A stretch of DNA of 63,344 nucleotides, the filler included, from Octopus bimaculoides (Eukaryota): the NCBI RefSeq assembly GCF_001194135.2. It is 6 parts of 5 records of this genome, joined end to end, with 100 filler letters (N's around TTAATTAATTAA, not from the genome) between each part and the next. Parts side by side here need not be neighbours in the genome. Positions count along the whole stretch, not along the records: positions 45,372 to 51,182 come from NC_068986.1; positions 51,283 to 59,154 come from NC_068986.1; positions 59,255 to 61,440 come from NC_068981.1; positions 61,541 to 63,344 come from NW_026421995.1; 2 more parts are not named here. One strand, written 5' to 3'. The position numbers and the translations under genes are program-made. Positions 50,535-63,344 of the stretch are shown in pieces. Under the pieces are notes generated by a model, which was given only the letters and a program-made list of their open reading frames with translations, ran no database searches and was not told the DNA's origin. Numbering within the stretch: the first letter of the stretch is position 1; the number at the start of each line of letters is the position of its first letter.

Positions 50535-51182
50535 TGTGGGAGATCCGGGTCGGCATATGCCGACGGCGTCACCTTAGCGGTGTCGGAAAGAAAACACATT
50601 GAGATAATCAGCATCGTTCTCAGTGTCTACGAAAAGGTGTCAGGAAAGAAAATTAACCAGAAAAAGTCAGTTGGCTTGCGGCTCAGGACCCGAAGGAGCA
50701 AATCCATGCCATCCAACTGCGTCGTTAGGCGCTGGACGGAAGGGCCAGTTAAATTGCTCGGGGTCTGGTTCGGTCTGGACCTCCAGATGGATGAAAACTA
50801 GGATGAGATAACGAGTAATGTGACTACTCTCACTCAGAAATGGGGCGAGAGGAAGCCATCCCTGAAAGGTCGGGCAGAGGTGGCGAACGCGTACATCGCG
50901 TCCGTCATCTACAACTGTCTAACCGTCGTGCTTTGTCCCGGTCCCAGTCTGATTGCTTTGAAATATATACTCCTTTGCTTTTTGTGGAAGGGTAAGCGTT
51001 CAGATGGTCACGCGGTCCATCTGCTGTCAACATCCGCGTAGTAGACTGAACATGCGTGGCTAATGATGCACAGACAAGTGTTGAGGCTACATCTCTAGCG
51101 TTTCTTTGACAGTGAACAGGAGTGGGGGCCATTCGCCTGATACGTGTTTCCCCAGCTAGTCTCCTAGACAGAGTTGCAGTCC
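50535..51182 (+). mobile_element. L1/Tx1-type RT fragment, same family as 39700
   Basis: SAYADGVT, KINQKKSVGL, GPVKLLGVWFG, SLKGRAEVANAYIASVI. Confidence 0.82.
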
Positions 51183-51739
51183 NNNNNNNNNNNNNNNNNN
51201 NNNNNNNNNNNNNNNNNNNNNNNNNNTTAATTAATTAANNNNNNNNNNNNNNNNNNNNNNNNNNNNNNNNNNNNNNNNNNNNTTTGATCGAAATTATCCC
51301 CCCCACAAGAAAAGCTCTACTTTGTAATTTGTCCATTTTCTGTATTTAGCCCTGTGTGGCTATAATAAAAAGATATCTATCTATCTATCTAAGTGCGTGT
51401 GTGTGTGTGTGTCTGTCTGCCTGCAAAATGTCCATTGCTTTTCATTGTCTTCAATCAGACAGTAAAGAAACTGTCCTTTCTCTAAGCATATCAAATATAT
51501 TTGAGTAATTTATACTACATCTCTTGCAATTTTTTATTCCTTTCTTTGAGAGCTCAACTTGGGGAAAAATGTTAAGTCATTAAGATGATTTAGATACTGC
51601 ATAGAGTACTTCAACATTTAATATTTACTTGACTACATATGTAAAATACACACGCACAAGCAAATCTATACTATAAATTGCAGTGTTCTTGATTGCTTGC
51701 TTGCTTGATTGATTGATTGAGTGTCGGCANNNNNNNNNN

Positions 51740-52079
51740 AAAAGAATGCATGTGGGAATGCCGTTATAATGAATGCTCATTTAAATGTATTTTGCATGGA
51801 GTTGATTTACTTTTTTAACAGGAGAGGAGTGCCTGCAGGCTGGTTCTTCTCAAGTTTATGCATTTTCAGGTGATTGCAAAGACAAAGAACTACCTGTTTT
51901 TTTTTAACAATTTTAACAGTGAGAACATTGGACAAAATATGTTATTGACATTAATAGTTTGTACCTCAGCTAATTACTGTTGAGAACTGCATAATCCATG
52001 TGCCATGTTAGAGATCTAAAAGACATTTTCGAATTTCATTATTTTCTTTAATCCAGGCAACGCTGGATATTTCTGTTAG
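51740..52079 (+). mobile_element. Short non-autonomous Helitron with a recognisable 3' end
   Basis: Hairpin ATCCAG-gcaacg-CTGGAT (52051-52068), a 7-nt spacer, then TTAG|T (CTAG variant followed by host T). The 5' end probably lies in the small gap at ~51730. Confidence 0.6.
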
Positions 52080-52327
52080 TTTTCATATAAATGTGCGCAT
52101 AGTTGTATTTCTATTCAATATAAATATATACATATCTATGTGTTATTAACTGCATATGCAATTTCTCTAACTACATAGAATAACAAACACACACACATCT
52201 AAATATAACAATCAGGGTTCAAGTCTCGTGGCAACTTTTTCCATTTTATAATGGTAAAATACCCAATCTTTCTGCTGTTTTCACGGCTATACTGCTTTCG
52301 AAATATTACTTTCTTGTCTGTATAATG

Positions 52328-52370
<43 letters not shown>

Positions 52371-55300
52371 GTGCGCGTGCGTGCGTGCGAGCACACATAC
52401 GTACACGTGTGCGAAATTATGAGTGTGTATGTGTGTATGAGAGAGAGAGAGAAAGAGAGAGACAGACAGACAGACGAATATGCAGAATGTGTGTTCCAGT
52501 AAAATTAATGGTATTTATGCTTATTATAATTTTCAAAAATCGGAATGCTAGCCCAAAGCGCAGCATACTTTTTTCATCTATGAAACTTTATGAAATGAAC
52601 TTCCTTACCACACAGGCATTCCTGCACCCATCAATTAGCCAAAATTATTTCCTGAAATTTCATCCGTTTACTGAAACTAATCTATTTTGAAAAACAACTA
52701 TTACTGCTCTATTTGTCATATTTTATTTCAGGATAAAACCAAACATAGATTAAGCAAATATTATTCTGTAGATAGAAATCTTGTTATAATAATACTAATG
52801 AAAATGAAATTCTCTTAAATAGTAATATTTTGATTTTGTCACGAAATCAGTCTTGTGTTCTCTTCTCGAAATATGAATGCTTTCTAATATTTTTTATGTA
52901 GATTCAGTGTTCCTTTTTTTTTCTCAATAAACATGAATTTTTAATCTTTTAAATGCATTATATTCCCGTAGTTCTGAGCAAAGCTGCATTCTAAAAGATG
53001 TCATACATTCATAGCGATAATACTTCAATATACTGTAAGCTGCAAAGGAGGATATATGTTGATCAGAAATGTTAATTCTTTAGTAAAATGAATAGTTATA
53101 CTATGTTAGTTAACTAAAATAAGTAACCACTTGCTAAAAATTTGTAGATTTATTTGAATATATCAATTTAATTAATGTAAAACAAGTAGCTCAATAATTC
53201 ATTAAATAAAGGATCAACACAATATATTTTGCTATATAAATGATATCAAGATATAAAGATTTAAGAAAAAGGAAAACGTTTTGCTGCCCAGTTAAGCTGG
53301 CTTTCATAATATCACGTATGTACTTGCTAAACTGTAATAACGTAAACTTCTATACAAATGATGTATTTATGTAAGCTCTTGTGTACATGCTGTAAAAAAG
53401 GTTTGAAAATATGTTAAAACTTTGTGAGGGAAATTAACCTTTCAAGGGATTACTGAAGGAATGAATAACATTTGATGCTAATGTTTCCTATTTTAAACAC
53501 TAGGAATTTTATGGGTATTTACATTTTAACCATTATTAATTTTCTAAAATCCATGGTAGCTTATTTTCTTCATTAAACAAGCATCAGCTTTTAACTCTAT
53601 GTTGTTCCTTGAACTTCTCAGAATAGTAACAACTTTTGTCTCAAATCAAACAATATCCTTTACGAAAAAAAAAAACAAAACAAAGAAAAGAACACATTTG
53701 ACGATGTAGCCTTAGATTAACAGGAATGTTTCGATGATCATGTCTGGAACGTATTTGATCACAACTAGCTTGGTATCAAACAACAACAACCGAATAAATA
53801 CACGTCATATATTCGACAATCATGACTTGTTTTTCGTAGACGTTCGCATATTTATTCTTAACACGTATAGGCAGGTTCAAACGCAAATATGCAGGTCGCT
53901 GTATTGTACGGCATAGGAGAATGACTTCAGAGTTTAAACATACTCGACTCATTGGCGCACGGCATTCTGCGACCAGTGTTTTGATATGCTGAGTCTCGTC
54001 GGTCAGAAGGAAATATGTGTGAATTATTGATTTTCTTTATAAGCGCATAAATTGTTGGTAAAAGGTGTATAAACGATTATGTCGACACTATAACTTTACT
54101 TGTCATTTAGGAAGCGTAAAATCCAAAGTTAGCTCCAGAAGGACATGAACTAAAATGTGTCCATACATTACGTTTATAAATGTTTAAATATAAATATTTA
54201 AATATCAACTTTTATTCTTCCAACTGATACAGTATAGAAGTATTAGTTATATAATTCGACATACTCGCTCGACTACAAATTACAAACAAATCACACTTAA
54301 ACCATGACCTGCAAGGTTAAGAAAAGAAGGACACAGCTGTAAGTGTAATCAAAATCACGTAGTCACATTTAGAAAGCCTTTGGGTCTATAACTGCTCAAT
54401 TTTCTTTTTCTGACCTGAAATTAAACAACAGAATGACTTATAAATCTGCGTTCACGTTATAAAGATGTTCTGGATCTATAAGAATATATAATGTGACACA
54501 CTGAAAATAACTGCTAGGATCTGTATACTAATCATAGTGAATCTTCCCGTGGTTTGGCCGCAGATCAATTCCGATGGGTCGAACCGTTGATAAAAGACAT
54601 TCTGGCTACGAAGATCCAACCGTTTTCCCTTTCGTAAGACAGTAAGCTATGATTTAATCTAGAATCATTTTTATTTCAAACAAACTAATGGACACCGTAC
54701 AAGTTACCTGGTAGAGATTTTATGTATATTTTATATTTATTCGGAGTCATTTCAAATATTGTTAATGATATTATAATTTAGAGAAATATTTTATAATTTA
54801 TATCTATAGCTTTTTTTATTTATATCATGTGGTTTTAATTATTGAGATGTACTTGTGCAAGTAAGTAAAAATTCAAATTCATCAGTTTCAATATCTTTTG
54901 TTCATATAAGTAAGCACATATATACACTTACAGAAACATTCATAGATACAAATATGCATTCATATATACATAAATTCCCTCTTTGAACCTCTTTCTGTCA
55001 ACACCTCAAATGTAAGATCACTTCCCTGAAGACGGAGGCTAGTCTCATCCGACGATAGAATCAGTCTACAAACATTATTTTGACCCACCGAGCCCCCAGA
55101 AACAGCTGTTGGATTTGTAATCTTAAACCCCTTTAATTCTTTATATTTCCATTCTGCGTAACTCAGACGTTTTTGTATATAAATGTACGTACATTTTTTG
55201 TATTTCATGTATTTAACATACTTTGTATATTGACCTGGCTGACTTGCTTATCCTTACATTTACTTCTCTACCCGCTCAAGTTTAAACCTCTTGAGCACTA

Positions 55301-55639
55301 CAAAGTGTATTCTATATGTATGTGTATGTACATAAATATATACATATACATACATACACAACATCCTCACATACAACGTATTTATATATATATATAGATT
55401 TCGAGGATCGATTAAGGAAGTTCGTCATTTTCCAGTCCACAGAGTAGTTAAATTTGCTCCTCTTTGTATAATCTACTACGTATTTTACATGATATCCCCG
55501 TTGACAAATGGCTGATATTAAAGTGTTAAACAGCTACGGTACGCAAATTAGCTGTTCCAGTTCTCTGTAGCTGCTGGATTTGTTGGATGTATAAATAGAT
55601 TGGTATGTTATTTCATCGGAATTGGTCAACTAATGTAGA

Positions 55640-55685
55640 TACCTCTGATGAGATCCCAATAAGGATCGAAAATAGATTAAGACTG
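55640..55685 (+). ncRNA. Minimal type I hammerhead motif
   Basis: acct CTGATGA gatcc caataa ggatc GAAA atagat TA agac: perfect core and 5-bp stem II, short near-palindromic stem III, but only 2 bp of stem I remain. Confidence 0.6.
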
Positions 55686-56669
55686 TTCGTCATTTTATTT
55701 TCAATCTCCTGCTTGTATATTACTTAGGCTAAATAAATATATGTGTATATATATATAATTATTCAGTTTTAATCCTTAATATAATTAAATAATTTTGTAA
55801 AATTCTTTTTTAATTTAATCAAAAATTATATTTGGCCTTCAATTTTATTTGATTTTTAAAATAACTATTTTATTTCATTTTTATTAACTTCACGTTTCTC
55901 CCTCTATCTCTATGTCATATCCACTCTTACCAATGCTTTTTCAACCGTGCCATCATAATATAGTTACTGTTGATTATTTCATTCATCTTTTCTAATATAA
56001 TCAACTCACAATGTGAGATAGTACGAATGACCAAATATTAAAGATTTAAGTTGACCGTGAGATTAAGCGGCCTATATCAAATTTCAACACAGTATCTGGA
56101 TAGCATTGAAGATAATGCAAATATTTTTGTGTGTGATTACCCAATTACAAACACTAATAATTTTATGATTGTCTTTTCCTTAACTTCGACCATCCTCTGT
56201 CCTTTTTATCGCATATCTCCCCTCCTATTCTTTCTATTCCCACCTTTCTTCCTTTCTTACCTTCTCTTCCCATTAATCCTTCTTTTCCAAATCATCACTT
56301 CTCTTCTTCTTTCCTCGTTATCTCTCTTCTACTTACCTTATATTTATACTTCTAGCCTTTCTTCGGTCCCCTTCCACTGTAAACACCTACATACCAACAC
56401 TAGTTGTTAAGAGGTGTGGGCAAACAACAGACACAATGACACACACACACACACATTCGCACTCAGGCACACGCGCACACACACACATGCATATATACGC
56501 ATTCGGGCTTCTTTCAGTTTCCATCTCCCAGACCCACTCACAAAGCCAGGGGTTATAGTAGAAGACACTTGCTCAAGGACCCATGTCAGGGGCTATAGTA
56601 GAAGACACTTGTCTAAGGATCCACGCAGCGGATCTGAACCTGCTACCATGTGGTTGGCATGCAAGCTTT

Positions 56670-56900
56670 TTTTTCTTATTTCTTTAATGCCCACAGGGGT
56701 TAAACATAGAGGGGACAAACAAGGACAGACAAAGGGATTAAATCGATTACATCGACCCCAGTTTGTAACTGGTACTTAATTTATCGACCCCGAAAGGATG
56801 AAAGGCAAAGTCGACCTCGGCGGAATTTGAACTCAGAACGTAACAGCAGACGAAATACCGCTAAGCATTTCGCTCGGTGTGCTAACGTTTCTGCCAGCTT
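56670..56900 (-). mobile_element. Young tRNA-SINE family B copy
   Basis: Near-identical reverse complement of 2070-2300. Confidence 0.85.
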
Positions 56901-57399
56901 CTTACTACACAGCCACGTCTGCGTGTCCGTATGTGTGTGTGTGGGTGTGTGTGCATGTGCGTGCGTGCACGTGTGTGTGTGTGCATGTCCGTGTCTTTGT
57001 GTGTGTGTATATCTTATGTCTTTCACTTGTTTCCAGTCATTAGACTGAGGCCATGATGGACCACCGCCTTGAATTTTGCCGTACAAATCAATCGCAGTAT
57101 TTATCTTTTTGAAGTAGTTATTCTAGTAATATTTTTTACCTAGCTGCTAAGTTACGACAACGTAAACGTACCGGCATCGGTTGTCAAGCGGTGATCGTGA
57201 AGTATCACAAAGAAATACACTTATAAATATATGCAATTACCCTATATTTCGTAATGAGTTGTATNNNNNNNNNNNNNNNNNNNNNNNNNNNNNNNNNNNN
57301 NNNNNNNNNNNNNNNNNNNNNNNNNNNNNNNNNNNNNNNNNNNNNNNNNNNNNNNNNNNNNNNNNNNNNNNNNNNNNNNNNNNATATATATATATATAT

Positions 57400-58900
57400 A
57401 TAAAATCAAAATGAGCAACAAGGATATTCAAGGTTACTGCAGTACGATCGTTTCATGCGATTCTATTTATTTAAGCAATGCGAGCATTACATTAAATGTA
57501 AAACGCAGAGCAATATTCAGCTGCACAAAGATACAGAAAATTTACTGAAGTTTACTTTCAGTAGAAGGACATATAACTGTTGTAACTACATTTAAACAAT
57601 CCAAATGGGAAGGAAGAATATAAAAAACCATTTTGACTTAGCCAAAGCAAATTTTATTTGTTTTTTGTCTAGTGATTTAAAGCTTAAGGGGACACCAGCT
57701 TTTTTCTTATAAGGAAAGGGAATGGGTAAACAATATACTTGGATATGGTTATAAAGATTCCTTTGGTCTTAGTGATAACACTATTATAGGTTGGGTTTTT
57801 TTTTCTACTATCAGACCAGTTTATAATGTGGTAGGGAAAGTTTTACCCTAAAGCACCTAGGTCAACAGGACTTTTCATTAATCAGAATAATGTATCAGTA
57901 TTGTTTTACATATACTAAGTATGGAAACTTTGAGATACCAATATTAGCTTAATTATTATGTTAAGAATAGTGATGTAATTAGTCAATACATTTAATATGC
58001 AAACACCATGAAGTAGTGTTAATTTAAAAGCTTTGGTAAAGTACATTTATATTTATTTATATCAGTATAAAGAACCAATAGATAAAGAACCATAGATAAG
58101 ATGTGAAGTTAAATTTTTTTTTTATATATGTTGGACTAAAAACTATTTAAAATTATTTTAAAATTAAAATTAAAGCTAATATATCTAATATTATTTGAAA
58201 AGCACATGAGAGATAAAAGCTATTTTATACCTACTATAAAATAATTGATACATAGGATTTACATGGTCTATAATGGTTTATAATAGGTTTATAATAATAG
58301 ACGCATTGAGGTTTAAGAAACTGGTAAAATGAATGATTGAAATTAACATACAATATAATGGTGAAAATTATATATCCAATATATTTAATGGACACATAAG
58401 TTATTTTATAACTAATGTAAAGAATTGATACATAAGGATTTACATAGTTTATAATGATTTTTACAATGATGGACTCATCAAGGTTTAAGAAACTGGTAAA
58501 GTGAATGATTTGAATTAACATTGAATTATAATGGTGAAAATTAAAACTTATATATCTAATATTATTTAAAGGACACATAAGAGATAGAATTTATTTTATA
58601 ACTAATGTAAAGAATTACTATTATGGATTTACATAGTTTATAATAATGACCTTATGAAGGTTTAAGGAACTAATAAAAACATGGTTGAAATTTACAAATA
58701 ATTCAACAGTAGTTCAAAACAATTAATAGAGAACATGATAATTATGTACTAGTTTAATTAGATTATCTTACATAATCAGGAATTTGTGTTAACTAACATG
58801 GACCAAGTGCAGAATAATGCTAGAGCAAGGATTAGATTTAAGTCAAAACTATAGAATAACAGTAACAATACCACTATCAACTATGAAATAATGGAATAAT
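57400..58900 (-). mobile_element. Penelope-like element, family of 22852-24718, with an internal ~185-bp expansion
   Basis: Shares aaaatcaaaat.agcaac...gcagtacg..cgtttcatgc with 22852 and is collinear with the reverse complement of 23860-24718. Coding remnants are too decayed to read; the PLE call rests on the hammerhead. Confidence 0.55.
57438..57525 (-). ncRNA. Hammerhead motif with G8>U, probably inactive
   Basis: tgcag CTGAATA ttgctc...cgcat GAAA C gatc G TA ctgca; palindromic stem III ACGATCGT. Confidence 0.62.
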
Positions 58901-58953
58901 AAGGATCTTTTAGGGTCAGGTATTAAATAAAATAAAATTTACAAGGTTTAAGT

Positions 58954-58988
<35 letters not shown>

Positions 58989-59696
58989 TACATTTCTTTT
59001 ATTAGCCACACAGGGCTCAACAAAGGTGGGACGAATACAATGTAGTGCTTTTCTTTTTAAGAGGGGGGAAAGAAGAAAAAAAAGTAGGGGTGTGTGTCGA
59101 TCAAAAGGGATCGTAGGAAGGAAAAAAGGGGGGAGTTCGATCAAAAGGGACCGANNNNNNNNNNNNNNNNNNNNNNNNNNNNNNNNNNNNNNNNNNNNTT
59201 AATTAATTAANNNNNNNNNNNNNNNNNNNNNNNNNNNNNNNNNNNNNNNNNNNNGAGGGGATAGGGGTGTGGGTGCTGCTGGTTTTGTTTGGTGTTGTGG
59301 GTTGATGACTAGTGACGGCGGCGGTAGTAGTGGTGATGGTGGCGATGGTGGTGGTGATGGGATGGAGAAATGTGTAACAGCATCAGCCTCCTCGGCTTCT
59401 CTTTCTCCCTCATGCATCTCCATCACCTGCCTCTTTATTATTCCGACATCCACACCCGATATTCGCACACACAAGCCTGCGCGTACACACACACACACAC
59501 ACGTTCACACACACACACAATAATCAATAACACGTATTCATTTGTATACATACGCTCCCATAATATTCAGGAACCTATATACATACCCACAAATACATAG
59601 CAATACCCACCTGCACACAGTCGAAGACTTATATTAACACAGGGTTAAAAATACACGCTCGTATGCATATACACACATACAATGTTCAATAACGTA

Positions 59697-60130
59697 TGCA
59701 TGGCGTGGCTGTGTGGTAAAGAGCTTGTTTCCCAAGCGCATGGTTCTGGGATCAGTCCTACTGCGTAGCACCTTGTGCAAGTATCTTCTTCACCTTGGGC
59801 AAGTGTCTTCTACTATAGCCTCGGGCCGACCAAAGCCTTGTGAGTGGATTTGGTAGACAGAAACTGAAAGAAGTCCGTCGTATATATGTATATGTATATA
59901 TATGCATGTGTGTGTTTATGTTTGTGTATCTGTGTTTGTCCCCCAGCATCACTTGACAACTGATGGTGGTGTGTTTACGTCCCCGTAACTTAGCGGCTCG
60001 GCAAAAGAGACTGATAGAATAAGTACTAGGCTTCCAAAGAATAAGTCCTGGGGTCGATTTGTTCGACTAAAGGCGGTGCTCCAGCATGGCCGCAGTCAAA
60101 TGGCTGAAACAAGTAAAAGAGTAAAAGAGA
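59697..60130 (+). mobile_element. Full-length tRNA-SINE family A
   Basis: tRNA-like head tggctgtgtggtaa...ggttctgggatcagtcc, body gccttgtgagtggatttggtagacagaaactgaaagaag, internal (TG/TA)n, tail (agtaaaag)n. Confidence 0.85.
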
Positions 60131-61844
60131 TATATATATTTCATCTTTTACATGTTTTCACAATTAGACTGCGAACATGCTGGGGCACCTCCTGGAACAA
60201 ATTTTACTCGAGTGAATTGACTTGTGTCTGTGTTTATTCCTCCTCCCGGCACTGCTTCACAAACGGTGTTAGTTATGTCCCCATAACATTTGCTGTTCTG
60301 GAAGGGACACCGATCGATTAAGTACTGGACTTCAAATAATTTAAGTTCTGAGGCGATTTCTTCAACCAAACCCTTCAAGGCGGTTTCCCAGCATGGCCGC
60401 AGTCCAATGAATGAAACAAGTAAAAGATAAAATATACTAAAATAATGCTATGAAAATTTTATGCATCAAAATAGGAATAAATACATTTACAACATCTGAT
60501 ACTGCTCACTCGCCAAAACAAGGTAATGGCTGCCGACAGTTTTTCTTCGCTGAACTCATGCATTTTCCTTGTCCTTAAGTCTTTGCTTGTTTAAAGCATT
60601 TTATAAGTTAGTCTTAAACGTCTGTGCTTGTTTTCAAACTTTTATTTTTATCCCGTATTTCATTCATTCTGAGTAATATAAATATTTCCTTTCATGAGTC
60701 CCAAGTTAATCTGTGAATGCGTATCATAGCGTATCATATATGATGCAGGAACGCCAGTGAAATATGTCCTGTGTATCAGGACAGGCAAAGGGTTAAGATA
60801 TTGGATCTATAGAACTTTAAATCAAACATCAACTTAATATCTTTACTCTACATGCGCTCTGCCTATCTGTCGCCCGCCTCTCTTTCGACTAATATTGTCT
60901 CTTTCTGGTTCTGACCAACACTGCAGAAGAAGCGGTGAGCCCCCGGGAAAAACCAAGCACGCCATGCGGTTTGAAGGTTTAGCTCCATGTAATTTCTTTT
61001 TTTTTTTATCTCTCTCGTGTCACCTAACCCTAACCTTATCACCTGTGTCAAACATGCATGTTTTAATCCCCCAAACGCTTAACGCAACCGTATAAACGCT
61101 TTGTCTAATCAAAAGGTAAGCTATATATAGTTACACGAATTATACGCACATACATACATACATACTTACGTACACAAATGCATACATACGTACGTACATA
61201 CATGTGTACGCACATACATTGGTACATATATATATATATATATATTTAGACACATATACATATGCATGTATGTGTATATGTATATGTATATATATATATA
61301 TGTACATACATATGTGTGTATATATATGTATATATGTATGCATATATAAACATACATACATATATTTATACATACACACACATATATATATACACATATA
61401 TATTGCACACACGTATATATATATATATATATATATATATNNNNNNNNNNNNNNNNNNNNNNNNNNNNNNNNNNNNNNNNNNNNTTAATTAATTAANNNN
61501 NNNNNNNNNNNNNNNNNNNNNNNNNNNNNNNNNNNNNNNNTATATATATATATGTATATATATATATATAACATACACACAAACGTTGCTTTCATGAATA
61601 TTTACACACACATATACAATTTATATGCATGAATACATCACTATGTATGTTTGATTGTATGTGAGTCTCTGTGTGTGTGTATATATATATGTGTGTATCT
61701 ATATACATATATATGTATGCTACATAGCACTCCGGTCGATGTATATGTGTGTGTAGTTGCAAACTCTCTCTTTTCATGAATATTTACACACACACAGGCT
61801 ATCTACATTTACGTGTGTGTGTGTGTGTATGTTTGTGCGTATAC

Positions 61845-62735
61845 ATCATCATCATCATCGTCGTTTAATGTCCGCTTTCCATGCTAGCATGGGTTGGACG
61901 ATTTGACTGAGGACTGGTGAAACCGGATGGCTACACCAGGCTCCAATCTGATTTGGCAGAGTTTCTACAGCTGGATGCCCTTCCTAACGCCAACCACTCA
62001 GAGAGTGTAGTGGGTGCTTTTACGTGTCACCCGCACGAAGGCCAGTCAGGCGATACTGGCAACGGCCACGCTCAAGATGGTGTATTTTATGTGCCACCCG
62101 CACAAGAGCCAGTCCAGATAGAGATTGAAACCTCTACCTTCATACAAAGTTATTGGTTAAATTACTAACACCTTTACCTATTTGGCCATCAAACCAACAC
62201 CTGAGAAACAACTTAAAAATGAGATATTTAAATTTATTTTTATTATTGATTTAATGGTTTCAGTCATCTGACTGGCCGTGCTGGAGCAGCGTCTTTAGTC
62301 GAACAAATCAACCCCAGGACTTGTTCTTTGCAAGCCTAGTACTTATTCTGTTGGTGTCTTTTGCCGAACCGCTAAGTCATGGCGACATGAACACACCACC
62401 ATCGATTGTCAATCGATGGTGCAGCCTTCTGACTTGCCAACCCTCAGTCAAACCATCCAACCCATGACAGCATAGAAAACAGACGTTAAATGATGATGAT
62501 GATGATGATGCTATGTATATGGTTGTGTGTCTGTGTTTGTCCCCTTCCCATCATTGCTTGACATCCATTGTTGGTGTGTTTACATCCCTGTAACTTAGCT
62601 GCTCGGCAAAGGAGGCCAGTAGAGTATGTACTAGACTTAAAAAGAATAAGTCCTGGGGTCGATTTGTTCGACTATAAAGGCAGTGCTCCAGCATGAGCGC
62701 AGTCAAATGACTGAAACAAGTAAAAGAATAAAAAG
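61845..62735. mobile_element. Cluster of four SINE pieces in mixed orientation
   Basis: RTE-tail SINE (-) 61845-62115, family A (-) 62235-62410, RTE-tail (+) 62425-62510, family A (+) 62520-62735. Confidence 0.75.
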
Positions 62736-63344
62736 CATATGCACGCACACACCCATACACATGTATCACTGTATAACCACTCCCTTTATATAAAACACAT
62801 CTGCATATATACACACATATAAAATGCGTATCCACGCACATGACTATATAATATAAAAACACGTGATTTGTTTGAAACATTTTTGTGGTGGACAATCAAA
62901 AGAGCTAAAAGAGTTGTGAGATGAAGGGACAGGAAGTAAGTCAGTGAGTGAAGGGACAGTGTGTGGGTTCATTTCCTATCAATGGCACTAATTGCTTAAT
63001 TACCAAACAGACTAATTATTCTGGTCAGGAATTGTTCCATTACATTGCTTAGGGGGTGTGGTGTGTGTGTGCGTGTGTGTGTGTTGGTGTGTGTGTGTTG
63101 GTGTGTGTGTCTGTATGTGTGTATGAAAGATGCATGTGTATGTATGTATGTGTGTATGTATGTGTGTCTGTATGCATGTTTGTTGGCATGTATGGCGTGT
63201 GTGTGTATGTGTGATTGCTGTACGCGTATGTGCATGTGTGCGCGTTTGTGTGTGTATGTGAAAGATGTATGTGCGTGTATGATGAATATATGTGTGTGTG
63301 ATAGATGTATGTGTGTGTTTGTGAGATAGAGATGTGTATGTGTG

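Noticed and set aside
50548-50563. 16-bp palindrome GTCGGCATATGCCGAC
   Set aside because: It lies in the SAYAD codons of an L1/Tx1 RT; no evidence of a separate function.
59697-59770. tRNA gene
   Set aside because: The A/B-box-like head continues into a SINE body, and no complete cloverleaf is evident.

Overview
Repeat-saturated, gappy eukaryotic DNA. The SINE, LINE and Penelope repertoire and the microsatellite load suggest an octopus genome (inference). The only host coding feature I can support is one 184-nt internal exon on the minus strand (28467-28650) encoding the start of an srGAP-family F-BAR domain, with clean AG/GT splice sites. No other exon was found, so most or all of the window is probably intron of this gene. 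The intron holds decayed mobile elements: a complete piggyBac with TTAA-flanked TIRs, mariners, hAT (Charlie-like and hATm-like), Helitron pieces, RTE, Dong/R4, HERO and L1/Tx1 LINEs, a GalEa-like copia fragment, several Penelope-like GIY-YIG remnants and tRNA-SINEs. The most interesting signal outside the ORF track is a set of six type I hammerhead-ribozyme motifs with palindromic stem III, mostly linked to Penelope-like elements. One has an intact core and lies sense to the srGAP pre-mRNA; another sits in a ~265-nt retrozyme-like unit. Also notable are inverted repeats that could form dsRNA around the exon and a perfect nuclear-receptor DR1 cluster. All calls were made by eye with no searches run. 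Most ORFs in the track are microsatellite, gap or TE read-through.
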